NCBI GenBank assembly: GCA_002633005.1
Contig: NMRA01000001.1
Span: 3,083,695-3,147,694 of the forward strand
Source of the DNA: Phoronis australis
Taxonomy: Eukaryota; Animalia; Phoronida
Length of the DNA stretch: 64,000 bases
Direction: 5' to 3'
Position numbers and translations under genes: made by a program. Positions 37,006 to 50,581 of the stretch are shown piece after piece (the first letter of the stretch is position 1; each line of letters begins with the position of its first letter). Below the pieces are notes generated by a model that was not told where the DNA came from, ran no database searches, and worked only from the letters and a program-made list of their open reading frames with translations.

Positions 37006-40000
37006 ATGGCAAGTCGTCGAGAAATAGACGAATTAAGGCCTCTGATTGACAAGGTTATTCACAAGTTTCTGGGCTTCCAAGAACCATCTCTTGTTGTAGC
37101 GTCACTGACGTGCATAGAAAAAGGATATGACAAGAAGAAAACGATTAGTAAGTTTTAACCAAGGTTCTGTTCCATAAGTATCCTGTGAGTTTAGCGAGGT
37201 AGTGCAAGATCGCAAAGACGAAAATGACTTGACACAAGTGTCTCGCCAATGACTAGCATTATGGAACAAGGCCCTGTTTCTCTTGGCATGTGGGTTGCTT
37301 AGGCTTTGATTTTGATTGCGGTAATGCTATTGGTTTCAGTTTGTTCCTATTATCGACCCTTGATTTAGTTTGTCTAGAGTTACAAAATATTGTTTTGGTA
37401 TTTGCAGGGAAGTTGGAGACGATCTTGGACGATAAAGCGGAGAAATATGCGGACAAGCTGTTTGAGGTGTTGGAGGGTTACCAGAGTAACAGTAGACTGT
37501 CAAAGAACAGAAAGAGAAGAGTGAGTCTTTTTAGAGTCCCAACTCGCACAATGTTTGCACTCAATTCCGCGAGTTTCTTTAGGCAACACATATTGAATAT
37601 TCTGTTAATGATGTCATACAGTAAAATCTGATTTAGGATACAGTGTGTCAGACAAGTGAACTCTGATTTCTTATTTTTTTCTGTACAAGACATGTGACAC
37701 CAAATCGATGCTTTTCCGTGTCCCAAGTCACGTGTCACTGCTAAAAACAGACAATAGTGTGAAAAATTGTGGGTATTCACAACAATATGAGAAACTAATG
37801 TGGATATCATTTTGGTCCGAAATTGGTAATATTTTACCATAGTTGCTGCTAGCTTTTTTCTGAATCGAAATAGCCTTGAATTATGTTTTATATTGCATTG
37901 CAAGGTATTCATATTTTGACTTTTTAAGGCTTAAATGTTGTTTGATGGCCTTGGCAGTTATAGTTTGACACATGCTGAGCCTTAACTTTTAATATGGTAG
38001 TTCTGTTTCTTTACAAACATCCTGTAGTGAGTGGGCTGCTTGGTTTCTATTGTGCAGTCAAATTGCACTCAGTTTGATGCATTGTGTAATTTATTACTTT
38101 TGTAACCTAAACTTGGAACCTAATGCTGCCATTTCGCTTTCTCAACTATTGAGTAAAACATTAATCTCCTCATTTTCTGTGTTCAAATCTTTTCTATGAT
38201 GTCTTACAATTTGTAAACAGTTAGAAATTTAGTGTATGTAAATTTGATTCATAAGGTAAAAGACAAATTTCTAACAACTGTCCGTCATTCGTATGACTGA
38301 TTGGAATGACTGAAACTTTGAGATTTTGTTTTTACAGGATAAAGAAGATGACAATGATGATCGAACAGAACGCAAGAAGTCTCGCCGATTTGACGAAGCT
38401 CCACCTGTCAACATCCCAGAACCTGGTCAGCCCAGTCCGGGTATGCTCACAGCAGACAAGGTAGTTGGGTTTAGCAAACACGGCAGACATTCTTGGGCTA
38501 TGGCAAAGCTATTTTACTGTTAATTGCGACTACATCTGAATTTAGGCATAAATGCCTATACTTATAGTAAACTTGACAAATTTGTTGTCCGCACAACAAT
38601 TGACAGAACACTTGAGTAAAACCAAGATGCCATGTAAGTGAAGGTTGGCTCATCTGTTACACAATAATCGCGTAATATTGATTTGCTTTCAATTTTCACC
38701 ATTGACTTTTGAATTGGAATGCACTTAGAGTGGACAAGAAGTCATTCACATCCAGTTTAATCCATGCTCATAAACAAGGATCTCCTGTGGGCACGGATTA
38801 GTGAAGTGAAACATTTGAGCAAAAAGTTGTTTGAAAAAATGCATAATTTCAGATAACTTTGTGTGCATAGTTAAGCCCATGTGCCCAAGTGAGAATTTAC
38901 ACCTGTATCTAGAATTAAATGCATTCACCGAGCCACTCTTAAAATGCCCAATTTCAGACATATTCACTTGCTAGGTAATACTCACCTTTACCTGTAAGTG
39001 AAACAACTGGAGCAAAGAATTTTTTTTGATAAAAATGCGTTATTTCAGATATATATGTATGTACGTGTACGGTTTCTGCATGTGTGGTACATTCTGGCAA
39101 TTTTGGGCGCAGTTTTGCCGTTTTCAAAATCTTTAATCATAATGTTGTTATGTCTCATTTCAGATCAAAGAGATGATGGACAGTGCCCAAAGAATGATTC
39201 AGGAAAGGAAAACACAACTCAATATTCCTGTGAGTAACTACACTTTTGTTGATCAGGTAGCATAGCTTTTGGTCGTGGGAGTCTTCTTTGAGATCATCTA
39301 AAACAGATGTCTCGTGCTCATCTGGGTTTACATCGAGGGTGCTTTGTCATGGAAACTTGGAGTATATTTGGGTGTGGGCATTAAGACGATGACAATTCAA
39401 AACAAAACTTGGGAATTCTAGGACTGGCATTTACCCAAGCAGTTGATTTGCTGAAACAAATGCGTTCACCACTTTTGCTCTCAAAAGAAGGGCCATTTCA
39501 CATCTTCAATAAAAGTCGGTGTTTTCTATCCATATATGACAGGGTGTGGCTGAAACTGACTATATGTTGCCCAAAGTTGAGCGGGTTATGTATGTTTTGG
39601 AAGCAGAAATTCTCATTTGACCATTGTTCATGAAGACACTTACTTTTAAATCTCATCGTATTGGGCTCTCAGCTGAGTATGGACCTTAAAAAGGGAAAAT
39701 ATGGATATTTGGGGGCTGGGCATAAGGGTGAACACAGGCGTTAGCCTGGACAAGTACAGCATACGGGTATTTGGTGTTAGTTAAAAACCGATACAACTAA
39801 ATGACACTAACATCGTGCGTATTGTGTATTCAGCAGTATTTTGTGTAAAAATAAATTACGTTTCCATACTTGATGATTTGACAAATAGAATGAAAAGTTA
39901 CTGGCCAAACTTGCCTCACTCGAGCACAAGTTGACAATCTCCCTTTCTGGTCTGCAAGCTCATTAATGATGTGGTTTTTTCATTTATTTAACGCAATTTT

Positions 40001-43000
40001 GTTCTTGTGAACCGCATCTCTTTTCTCATAAACTGCAATTCTAATCTAAACTCCGTTCTTTTCTTATGAACCATATTCCTTTTCATATCTGACTGAAGGT
40101 ATGCGCTGCACGTGATTGACTCTATCTAGGTTTGCTTTTTGCTATGTATCTGGGAAACATTTGGGTTTATGGGAATAGACGTTCCTTGGGAAGACTAGAG
40201 ATGCTGCACATGAGTAAAGAACTCGAGAGAAAAGAAATGAATTTTTAAAAAGTCACTTTGTTAATGAGAATGTCCTGGCCGTCAGTGGACTTTTCCATTT
40301 CGTAATTGTTTGTCAAATCCCCTTAGTTTGTACACAATTCTCTTTGTTCTAGGCCCACCCTGCTTCGTCACTGCGAGCCAGTCATCCAGACATGCTAAAA
40401 ACCGATGCAGTTGAGAAGGCGAAGCGAGCTGCCGAACTACAGGCGAGAATACAGGCGTCCATGTCCAATGCTGGACTGCTAGGTTCAAGGTCCGGGTTGG
40501 GGGCTGGAACGGGGGGTCTAGGGGTAGATATGGATGCACTCCTACCCTCCAAAGATGACCAGTAAGATGTGTTTCTTTGTATTGTATTTCCTCCTTTTGT
40601 AAACAGAGGAAACCTAACCGTCATGTGATATGGATATTCGGTAGTAAAACTTTCGCTGTTAGTTAGTTCCCCAAGTAAGACTCACTGTACTGATGAATTC
40701 GCTTCATATGTCGTGAAAATCTCTTACAATTTGACTTCTTCGGCTGCATTTCTGTTAGGGAGAGTGGCCACAACCAGCTGCTGCTCTTGGTTATACTCCC
40801 ACCACTTTGTGCGTGGCGGTCTTAGTGTTGTCCTTGGTTGTGGGGGCTTACAGTTTTATTATGCGCCCACATATTTATATGTGGACGCATTATGCCGTCA
40901 TCTCCGTCCGGGCGGCGTCCGGCGTCTGGCGTCCGGCGTCCGCTGCTCTATCTCCAAAACCCTTTGACATACGTTCATGAAATTTGGCACATATGTTCCA
41001 TTCATGAATGGGACGGCATGTGCGAACTTTCGGACGGATCCGACTACCGGTGTGCCCCCTAGTGGCAATTTTAGTTTTTTACGCTTACCTTTGTATCTTC
41101 AAAAGTCCTGAACGGATTTTCATGAAATTTGGTATGTAGGCACCTATTAGTGAGATGACGCTATCCTACTGTTTTCAGATGGATTCGACGTAGTTTGCGC
41201 CACCTAGTGGCCATTTTTACTGTTTTCGAGTCTGTATTTTTGCGTCCACCCCTCTATCAACCAAACCGCTCAAAGGATGATTGTGAAAATTGGCGTGTAT
41301 GTGCTTACTATAAGGAAGACAGCTGACAATGATTTTCAGACGATTTGGACTACTGTGGCGCCTCCTAGTGGCAGTTTTGTTTTTTTGCGCCCATGGCTGT
41401 ATCTCCCAAACCGTTTGCAGGATCTTTACTAAATTTAGCAAGTGTATTTATGTGATGTTGACAACGGACGATGACGACTTTAGGATGATTCTGACTACCG
41501 GTATGCCTCTAGTGGCAATTTTAGTATTTGCCTCTAGTGGCAATTTTAGTATTTTACATTGACCTCTGTATTTTCATAGGTCTTCAGGTGTATACTTTGT
41601 GTTACTTCGTGACTATGAAGGAAAAGTTCCAAGTAGAAATTTGTTTCTGGCATTCTAATGCTGTGCTCGTATGTTGGTAAATTTGTTTTTAATTCTTTCT
41701 GTGGTGCTTTAAGCAACTGGTGTATAGGATGTGCTTGTATTATGAAGATTACTCACATTTTGCCCCTAGCCTATTGAGGAGACAATGACCATGCCTTTCC
41801 ATTTTGCAAAGTACAACATACTACATATATGCCCTCTACTGGCCACTTTATGGTACCAATAAACAACCCTAGAAGGATACCGTATGCGGTGCAATTGTGG
41901 GCGCATTTCAACGCTCTGCGTTGCTCTTGTATTGCTCTTATGATACATATAATTGCGCATTTTAAAGGGTATGCAAGTAAGTTGTCAACAGAGGTCTCTG
42001 TGTTCACTTGTGTCTGATTTGTCCACTGTCATCTATTGCATGATTCTTTCAAATCTACCATTGCAACTGATTTGGTTGTCCACTGAACATTGCAGTTGTC
42101 TTAGGACCTAGTATGAATGTGTTTATCTGACACATACACAGTCTAGTTTCCTTGTGCCAGACTTGTCTATGGACTCCTTTCAAGCATGTCTAGTTCTAAC
42201 TTCTTATTCGCAGATTCCATCAGTAATACTTTTAAAACTAGAAGGGTTGATTTTTTGTTGGCAGGTTCAGCGTGTTGTATGTAATGTAGCTTTTAAAAGA
42301 GCCTCAATCAAGTTACTAGGAATTTCCGAATTTTCTCTGGGTATCTTTTCCAAAATAGCACTTTATTTGAAACATCCTAACATAAAGTCTGTCCGTCAAG
42401 TAAAATGCTGGCTTGATGTTGGAAGACAGAACTAAGTCTGCTGCCGGCACAAGTAGGTTCATTGTTGACTCTTGTGACTGAGGCTTATTAAGATCGTATT
42501 ACTTACTTATGTGTTCAGGAAGGCTGGTGCAGGGTCAAAACCCACTCCTCTGATTCTCGACGAATATGGTCGCACTATTGATGCCACTACAGGAGAAGCA
42601 GTCACACTATCTCATCACATGCCAACCCTCAAGGTTTGAATTTATCTAGAGGCTTACTGTACGAGATCTGTAAAGGAACACTTGTTCAGTTGTTCAGTTG
42701 TTTATTGTTTTTGCGAGATGATTCCAGAAAAATCATTTGCTGACAGCGATTGTCTTAAGGTATGGTCCTGGACTTGTTCTTGTATTCTAAGCAGTGGTTC
42801 ATGCTTGATTCCAAAACTGGGAGTCCAAATTTAAAAAAAAAGCATTCAAACCCAGAACGCTGCGTGCAGGTCTTACAAAGATTTGGCGACTTGTTGCCAA
42901 CGTCGTCACTCAAGAAAAACGTCAAATTGAAATCGATTCCAACAAAGTGAAATTCATGTTGTGTTTTCACTCAGTAAAAAAATCTCATCAATGAGGCAAA

Positions 43001-46000
43001 GTCTTCTTGGCTGCACACAAATATTTGTCTGATAATTTCTAAAAAATTAAAAAGTCACATGGACGGCAAAGTCAGCTCAACAGTACGCAAATCTTGTCTG
43101 ATAGGGTAGGGCAGTGCCACCTGTTGTTCGCTAGGGAAACGGAACCTCTGTGTTTTGATCTGCTCTCATTGCGTATCATAACGAACACCTTGGCCAGTAC
43201 TTGATGACAATGTCACTCCAAACAGATTTAAAGTCGAGCCTTGAATTAGAGAGTGTTTAGATTAATTGATACTGAAAAATGTTCAGATAATGGCCACCAC
43301 TAGCAGTCCTTTCTGTTGCTGTTTTTCTAAAATGTTCTAAATTATGTCAATCTATAAATCTATCTGACAGGCCAACATCAGAGCTAAGAGACGAGAGCAG
43401 TTCAAGATTGTACAAGAGAAACCACCTGAAGAAATCAGTGAATCCAAATTTTTCGATCCTCGTGTGAGGTAAGAAAAATGCTAAGTCTAAATTCAGTTTT
43501 TTGATGATGCTTGTTTTATGCTTACCAGTAAATAACACGTGTAGTCAATCTGTACTTTGATGTGCAGTCGTACTGTTTTTTCATTTTTTATCTGTATTTA
43601 AAATGTTGCTTAACTTTAAATGGTGTCGACTACAAGAAGGGCTGTTGAGCGTCATTATCATATTCACACTTCAATAATACCTGACCTCATCGGCTTATTT
43701 GTATATAAGGCCACCCAGTTGCAAAACCATGTTCCATGAACCATAATAGTCACTGAACATATAGGATGTGGAAACTTCCCTTTCATTTTTAATGCAGGTT
43801 TCAATTTATGGGCTTATGAAATATGTTTAAGAAGCCACTTGTAGCAAAATCTGGCACTGTCATTAGAATCTTCAATTTTCAAGTCTGCCTCAAAAGTCAT
43901 TGACATTTGTCGTGGTGTTTACAGTATCAAAGAGGCTGGACGCCATAAGCGTGGCTTCCGATTCCACGAGCGAGGCAAGTTCCAGGAGCTGGCGTCCAGG
44001 CTGCGCACCAAGGCACAGCTTGACAGACTGCAGAGTGAGATAGCTCAGGTGGCCAAAAGGACAGGCATAGCCTCTGCGGCAAAACTAGCCACGATACAGC
44101 CCCGGGCCGCGGCCATGGTTGGTGACGGAGAGACGCCGGACGTGGAGTGGTGGGATAGCCTAATTCTCAAGAGTGAGAGGTACGCCATGATTACGTGGGG
44201 AGGGGGGTATTAAGGAAAAGAGGGGCCTTAATAGAGTGTGGTTGGGCAGTGTTATGCTAAGTAATTATAGGTGCAAGCAGGATGTTGAGGGTGGATGAGG
44301 CAGGGAAGAATGTAGCAGTGACTGGAAACACGAGAGTTTTGCATACACGAAGGATTTTGAAGCTGTCTTGGATTTTTATAGAAAAAATGTTTTAGTAAGG
44401 AGTGCTAATCAGTATCACTACTTTTTGTCAATTTTTCCAAGTAGCTTGAGGGGTTTTGTTTTGGATTGAAATTGGACACAGGGTGGAGTAGTATTAACCA
44501 TCTTTGAAATGACATCAAACCACTGCTTACGGTCTGGGAAGCGAATGGTCTGATGGGTTGGTGAATGTCAACAATCCTTCATAAGTTGGTGCATGGACAT
44601 AATGTGAGTAGATTGTGGCTGTTGCTTTTTACTCATGGTTGTTCTTTTTAGTTATGATATCCTTGATACGAGCTCTGATGGTGATAGACTGGACGTTTTA
44701 GAAGGCATCACGCACTATGTAGAACATCCCATACAGATGAGACCTCCAGGTATGTGGCTATTGGGCTGGTAGATCGGTACAAATGAGACTTCCAGGTATG
44801 TAGTTTACAGACTAGTAGATCAATACAGATGAGTCCTCCAGGTATGTGGCTATTGAGCTAGTAGGTCAGCATGGCCCATTAAAACTGCAATAAACCTGCC
44901 TTCTGTAAAAACATCACAGTGATTTAGTTCACTTACCATAAAAACTCTCAACTTGTTCCTTAGATTAGAGATTATTTTGGGATTGGGAAAAATTGACAGT
45001 TCATTGTTGCTTTAAACCAAGCTTGGAAATTTGATTTGTTTTGACTGTTCGTTTTAAGTGTCGAGCATGGTCTCGGGCATTAGTGAACTGTCTTAAATTC
45101 CTTCTCATCTGTGTAAGGACCAAACTGACATCAGTTTTATTTGCGGTAAGTGGTGTAAATCAAAATGTTATAATAATTTGTTTCATGGAAGGCAAGTTTA
45201 CCTCCTCTTCTCACACTGTCTCTTTTGTTGTACTTTATCAGTTAAATATAAAAGTAGGTTAAAATTGATTATATCCATGGGTTTTTTTTGCAAAACTGAT
45301 GTGTGTTGAGGCCCTTGGCAGTGCCATCTGGGAAAATCATTGTTTTGTTTCCTGTTTTGGGGATTGCTTTACTTTTCTACTAAGCAATTTTATGAGATCA
45401 TCAAGTTTGAGATAGATAGGTATCGACAGAATGTTTTCTTGGATATTTTGCAGGTGTGTGTGCAGGAAGTACATATTTTACATGCTCCTGCAGTCATTGA
45501 CTTGGCTGTGGTTTTAGTTCATTTCATTTGTGAATTGTCTTCCAGCCGAACCAACGAAAAAAGCGGAAATAGCCATCATGTTGACTAAAAAAGAACGTAA
45601 GAAACTGCGGCGGCAGAACAGGCAGGAAGCACAAAAGGAACTGACAGAGAAAGTGCGTCTAGGCTTGATGCCACCCCCGGAGCCAAAAGGTAAGAAGGGT
45701 GATAAAAACCGGTGTGGCAGGAAAAGTTATAAATGAAAATCACAGGGCTTGGAATTTTCCGCGGAAACGGGGATTTCCGCTTTTTTCAAATGTTCTGTCC
45801 GCGCATTCTATCATATTTCTGCGTAAAGAAATCGGATTCGATATAAAATTTCCGCGGCAAATTCCTTTCTTACCGCGGCGTTGAAGACGACGTTCACCTC
45901 GAAAAGCGGAAGTTGCTCTTTGTGTTTCGGAGGAACGTAAATTGTCGACATTGCCGGGGCATCTGGGATAGCGTGGTGGGATTTTCAATGGCATCTCGTG

Positions 46001-49000
46001 TTATTGTAAACCGCGGCGACAAATACTACGGCTCTGCAGCCAAAAATGTGTGGGGGTCGGAGTGGATGGACGAGCTAAAAGGACGCAGACGCATGCTACT
46101 GATGGTGGTAACGTTTTTTTTTTTTTTTTTTTTTGTCCTCGCGACTTCTGTCGGGGAAAGGTTCACATGGACCATTTCAAGGCTGGGTAGCGCGCATGAT
46201 TTGGGCCGTAAAAGTTTCCGCGTTATTTGTCATTGGTCATTCCAAGCCCTGAAGACTTGCATTAATCGGGTTGATGCATTGTAATAGTTGTTCTGCAATA
46301 GGGTTTTTGCAAGACTTTGTTCCATCTGTCTTGTTTTTTCTCACAAATTTTGAAATATTATGCTCATTAGTATGAAGTACTTGACTCATTCACTGCCAGT
46401 GTGCAACTTCAGACGTGCCTGAATGTTAAAGTCACCTCTTGGCGACTTAGGTGCTTGTCCCTGGTTTATGTATTTTTAGCCATGCAAACGGGGTTGCTAA
46501 TAGCAGTTTGTGACATCTTCAACTACTTTATGTCGGTCTTTTGTTTGGTAGAAAATATTGTTGGAAAGCGATTTTTCCTCCAAATTTAGAGCAAGTTGTT
46601 GGTGCTGATTTTTCTTGACTGCTGGGATCAAAACTAGGGCAACACGTTCAGTATTCATTGCTCTCACACACATGTGCACTGGCCATTCACAACACTTCTC
46701 ACAAAGTCATGAAATAAATACGCTTCTCGAAAGCCTTTGCAGTAAGCAGTTTACTTATTTTTGTCTGCTGTATTTAATTAAGGTCTAAAGCACTTCACAA
46801 GCCATTTAATAATTGCCTGAGAAAATAGTTCTTCTAATGTTTGGTAAGAACTAAGAAAATAGCGTAATTGTTTTTGGTGTTTGGTTTTTGTCTTGAAAAT
46901 CGATGCAATAATGCATGTCTTGTGTTTTTTCAAGAAAGACGTCTATTGATGGCAACTGAAAGGTGCAGGGATTCTTCTTCTTTGTTCCAGCATCACCTGA
47001 TACCAACCAAAATGGGTTGGGGTCATTTTCTCTTTTTTCTCAGTGTCACTTGATGGCCACTGAAATGGGCCAGGATACGTTTCTTTGGACAGTAAAGGAC
47101 TCGAAAAGGAGTGGGGTGCATACCAGATCAAAATTACTGCTTCGTTTTGAAACCAGCAACACAGCATTAACTAAAACTTTTCATTTAACAAAACATTTCA
47201 AAAGTAAAAATCTAAATGAACACTTCGTGTAAATGTTCCCTGAAATGACAAAGCGGAATTTAAATTGGCATTTTATGTTCCTCTCACCTGCAGTACGAAT
47301 GGCCAACTTGATGAGAGTACTGGGTACAGAGGCTGTGCAAGACCCGACCAAGGTGGAGGCTCATGTCAGGGCTCAGATGGCCAAGCGACAAAGGTTTGTA
47401 TTGCCAGTACAGTGTTGTACTTTAATTGTTGAATACGTTTTTAGGAAGTGGTGCTGAACCTTGAACAAATGTCAAACAATTTTTCAAATGTCTTTAATGT
47501 TCTGGAAGATGTCAGTTCATAGAAGTCTACTTTAGATTTAGATTTCGATTGTCACAGTAAATTGCTCTTCATCTTTGTTGAAAAACTTTGAAGTCCAAGT
47601 ATGGGTAGGTGGTGGACTCTTTTCAATGGATATGTGTTATTTGAAATTCTGGTCATTTTTTCTACTGACAGGGCGCATCAAGAAGCTAACGAAGCCCGCA
47701 AATTGACAAAAGAACAAAAACGTGACAAGAAAATGAAGAAGTTTAAAGAGGATACATCTCTGGGAGTTCACATATCGGTTTACAGGTATGGTAGATAAAG
47801 ATGCTACGTCTCCTTAAAACCGTGAATATTTGAATTTGTAGCAAGCACCACTTTTTGACTTCCTGGAGAACTGTGTGTACAAGTATAATCAGGAAAGAAA
47901 CAATTTATAAATAAAATGCGGTTTTAAAGAAAACACCACAAGTGATACACTTAAAAACAAATGTGAATTTATATAGATAACCTTAGTAATTCCAAATATT
48001 ACACAATCATTACTTGATAGTGACATGAACAAATGGTGAAAACTGTGTCTTGTGTTACTAGGGTAACAATGATATATTACCATACTCATTTACATAAAAA
48101 TAGTCTCGCAAAACGAGACTTTCGCGAGATTGTAATGGTAACTGGTTCTGAGATGGTTTCCTTCACACTAGAAGACCCGAGGTTGTTTGCATATTCAAAA
48201 TTTATTGAGACATAGCATCTTTAAGTTTCATTTTTTTTTTTCACTTGGAAAAGAAAAGTGCAGGTATTATGCCTAGTTGTTACAGAATTGCATTGTCATT
48301 GTCACATTGCCAATACCTCCTTAAAAGGGAATGAAACAATTTGCGATGTTTAGTAAAAATACAGATCCAGATTCTTAGTTTTCTTGGAAATGTATATACC
48401 CCGTGTTAATTACAGTTCCCCTGGTGTGTAATTCGTATGCACGGAACTATAGACAGTGATAGAAATGGCCTGGCAAAGGGACCGCATTTTGGTTATGCAT
48501 TCAATTCCATTGAGGTAATACCCCTGCTCCCTATTGAATACAAGGCTGTGCAGGTCATTGGGTTTACTCAGTGGAAGTAAATCCATTCAGTTCCATTGAG
48601 GTTAATACCCCTACTCTCTATTGAACACAAGGCTGTACAGGTCATTGGGTTTACTCAGTGGAAGTAAATAAAGAACCAAACCGAATGTAGGCCTTTTTTC
48701 GGGACATTTACATTCGCATCCTATTGCTTCACAGATGCACATCTAATAAATACTCGCCACAAAAACACTTATTATTGCAAGAAAATGTCTCTCCAAGATA
48801 ACCAGGGATCTGCATGCTTATTTAAGGTAACATCGAAAACAGTTGCTTTCCCCTTTAATATCCACCGTTGTTGAGTGTGAATGTCTTGTTTCAGAATTCG
48901 AGAATTAAGGAATCCATCAAAAAAGTTTAAAATAGAAACCAATGCGAAACAGCTGTTCATGACAGGCATCGTGGTGATCTTCAAAGACTGCAATGTTGTG

Positions 49001-50581
49001 GTGGTTGAAGGTGGTATGTACTTTACACGTCTTATTCCATGGGCTTTTGGTTTTTAGCATTTGAATATTGTAAACAGAGAGTGGTCCATCTGATGTATAT
49101 ATGGAGCTTGTGCCTGTGTGTGATAAACTGTATTTATCTGTATATTAGATATCATGGAGTAATTAAGTTTCTCTATTGATTTTTGGCCATTAAAATGAGC
49201 CCGTTTTTGTTATTGGTTCGCTTGGTCCATGGTTGCACTTCACAATGAAAAATAATGATTTGGTTTTGAAATTTAATCCATTCCTTCCAATTTATCAAGC
49301 CAAAGCAGGTTGGTTAATAACATTTCAGATTTCCTCAAGGTCCAATGTCAATGACTACTTAGTAGTACTTAGTCTTAGGGAACTTATTGTTGTCACTTTG
49401 GTTTTGCAATGTCACCCTCTAAAAACATCTCAACTTTGACACAAGAGTTTGAATAGAGAAACAAATGAACAGTGTAGTGGCTGCAGATGTGTGACTTGTC
49501 ATCAATATGGCTTTGTTTCATCCAGGTCCCAAACAACAAAAGAAGTTCCGGCGTCTTATGCTGCACAGGATAAAGTGGGAAGAGGATAAAGTGTCTAAGG
49601 GAAAGGATGATGGTAAGAGGGTGCACCTGGGTCAGGGGTCATGATATGGTGAACATGGGTCAGGGGTCATGGTATGGTGAACATGGGTCAGAGGTCGTGT
49701 TATGATGCTCATGGGTTAGGGGTCATGGTATGGGGCTCATGGGTCAGAGGTCGTGTTGTGGTGCACATGGGTCAGGGGTCATGGTATGGGGCTCATGGGT
49801 CAGAGATGCTACTTTTGCACTGTTTCATCAATAAATGAATTAGTTGTGGTCTCACAGTTTGGTGGTCACTGTCAGCAGTTTCACGTGTAGTCAGCAAAAT
49901 CGACATCATTCAAGTGGGAACCATGTTCATTTGATCTGAAATTTCTGATCACTAATCTTCTCCATTTTGAAGTAAGTCTTTATGATCATGTTTCCTTGTG
50001 TCTGGATGTAAACTGAATTTCTGTGTTCTTGTGATTGAGAATATGACTTGTACTGCAACATACTATTACACTGTCAAATTGCATTACAACGAACCCACCT
50101 GGGACTGGCAAAATTGTCGCTGCAACTGATGTTTGTTGTAACCATATCTAGTTGAATAGTAATACTACTACGGCTTTGGAACTTTGGGAGGATTGAAACA
50201 TCAGAAGTGAGTGAATGTAAAACCAGCCAGCATGGTTTCTATCAGGAAAGTTCATTGAAAGAATGATTGTTACAATCACTACAATCAACCTTTCATGGTT
50301 TGCTAGAATGCTATTGTGAAAATGATCAAAAGTGTAGTTGCAGTATTGACCTTGACCTTGTAGATGACGATGACGACTCAGATGGTGATTCAGCACCCAA
50401 CAACTCATGCGTTCTTGTCTGGGAGGGCACCACACAGACCAGGTCATTCTCGGAGATCAAGTTTAAGAACTGTCCAACTGAGGTATTTGCCAGGGAACAG
50501 TTCCGCAAGGCAGGCGTGGAACAATATTGGAACCTAGCCTACAGTGGTGCCGTACTTGAACAGACAGTTGATGATGACTAA
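37006..50581 (+). CDS. PRPF3: U4/U6 snRNP protein Prp3, complete, 15 coding exons, 666 aa
   Basis: Exons 37006-37147, 37408-37520, 38338-38460, 39164-39229, 40353-40561, 42519-42633, 43371-43468, 43925-44179, 44652-44749, 45546-45689, 47294-47393, 47672-47785, 48895-49013, 49526-49612, 50364-50581; 2001 nt in frame. N-terminal PWI domain ([10 protein letters not shown]), [61 protein letters not shown] and CVLVWEG all match PRPF3. Probable non-coding exon 1 ends at 35661. Confidence 0.97.
40859..41560 (+). mobile_element. Helentron/DINE-1-like non-autonomous element (HINE type) in a PRPF3 intron
   Basis: 5' hairpin GCGCCCACATAT-t-TATATGTGGACGC, then a (CGTCCGG)n simple repeat, then ~150-bp tandem units containing TTCATGAAATTTGG and CTAGTGGCAATTTT; this is the known HINE/DINE layout. 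Confidence 0.7.
44731..44868 (+). repeat. 3 x 46-bp tandem repeat spanning the PRPF3 coding exon 9 donor
   Basis: TACA(G/A)ATGAG.C.TCCAG|GTATGT repeats, with GT at 44750, 44796 and 44842. Confidence 0.85.
45743..46251 (+). mobile_element. hAT-like MITE copy 2 in a PRPF3 intron
   Basis: Same TIRs and internal sequence as 20579-21080; no TSD visible. Confidence 0.9.
48500..48669. repeat. Tandem duplication, 2 x ~86 bp
   Basis: TTCCATTGAGGT..ATACCCCT...CAGGTCATTGGGTTTACTCAGTGGAAGTAAAT occurs twice. Confidence 0.85.
49621..49806. repeat. 28-bp minisatellite, about 6.5 copies
   Basis: Unit CATGGGTCAGGGGTCATGGTATGGTGAA with variants. Confidence 0.9.

Noticed and set aside
39966-40096. Intronic C/D-box snoRNA (ATGATGT...CTGA)
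   Set aside because: Imperfect C box, no terminal stem and no recognisable rRNA/snRNA guide; a splice-acceptor explanation fits better.
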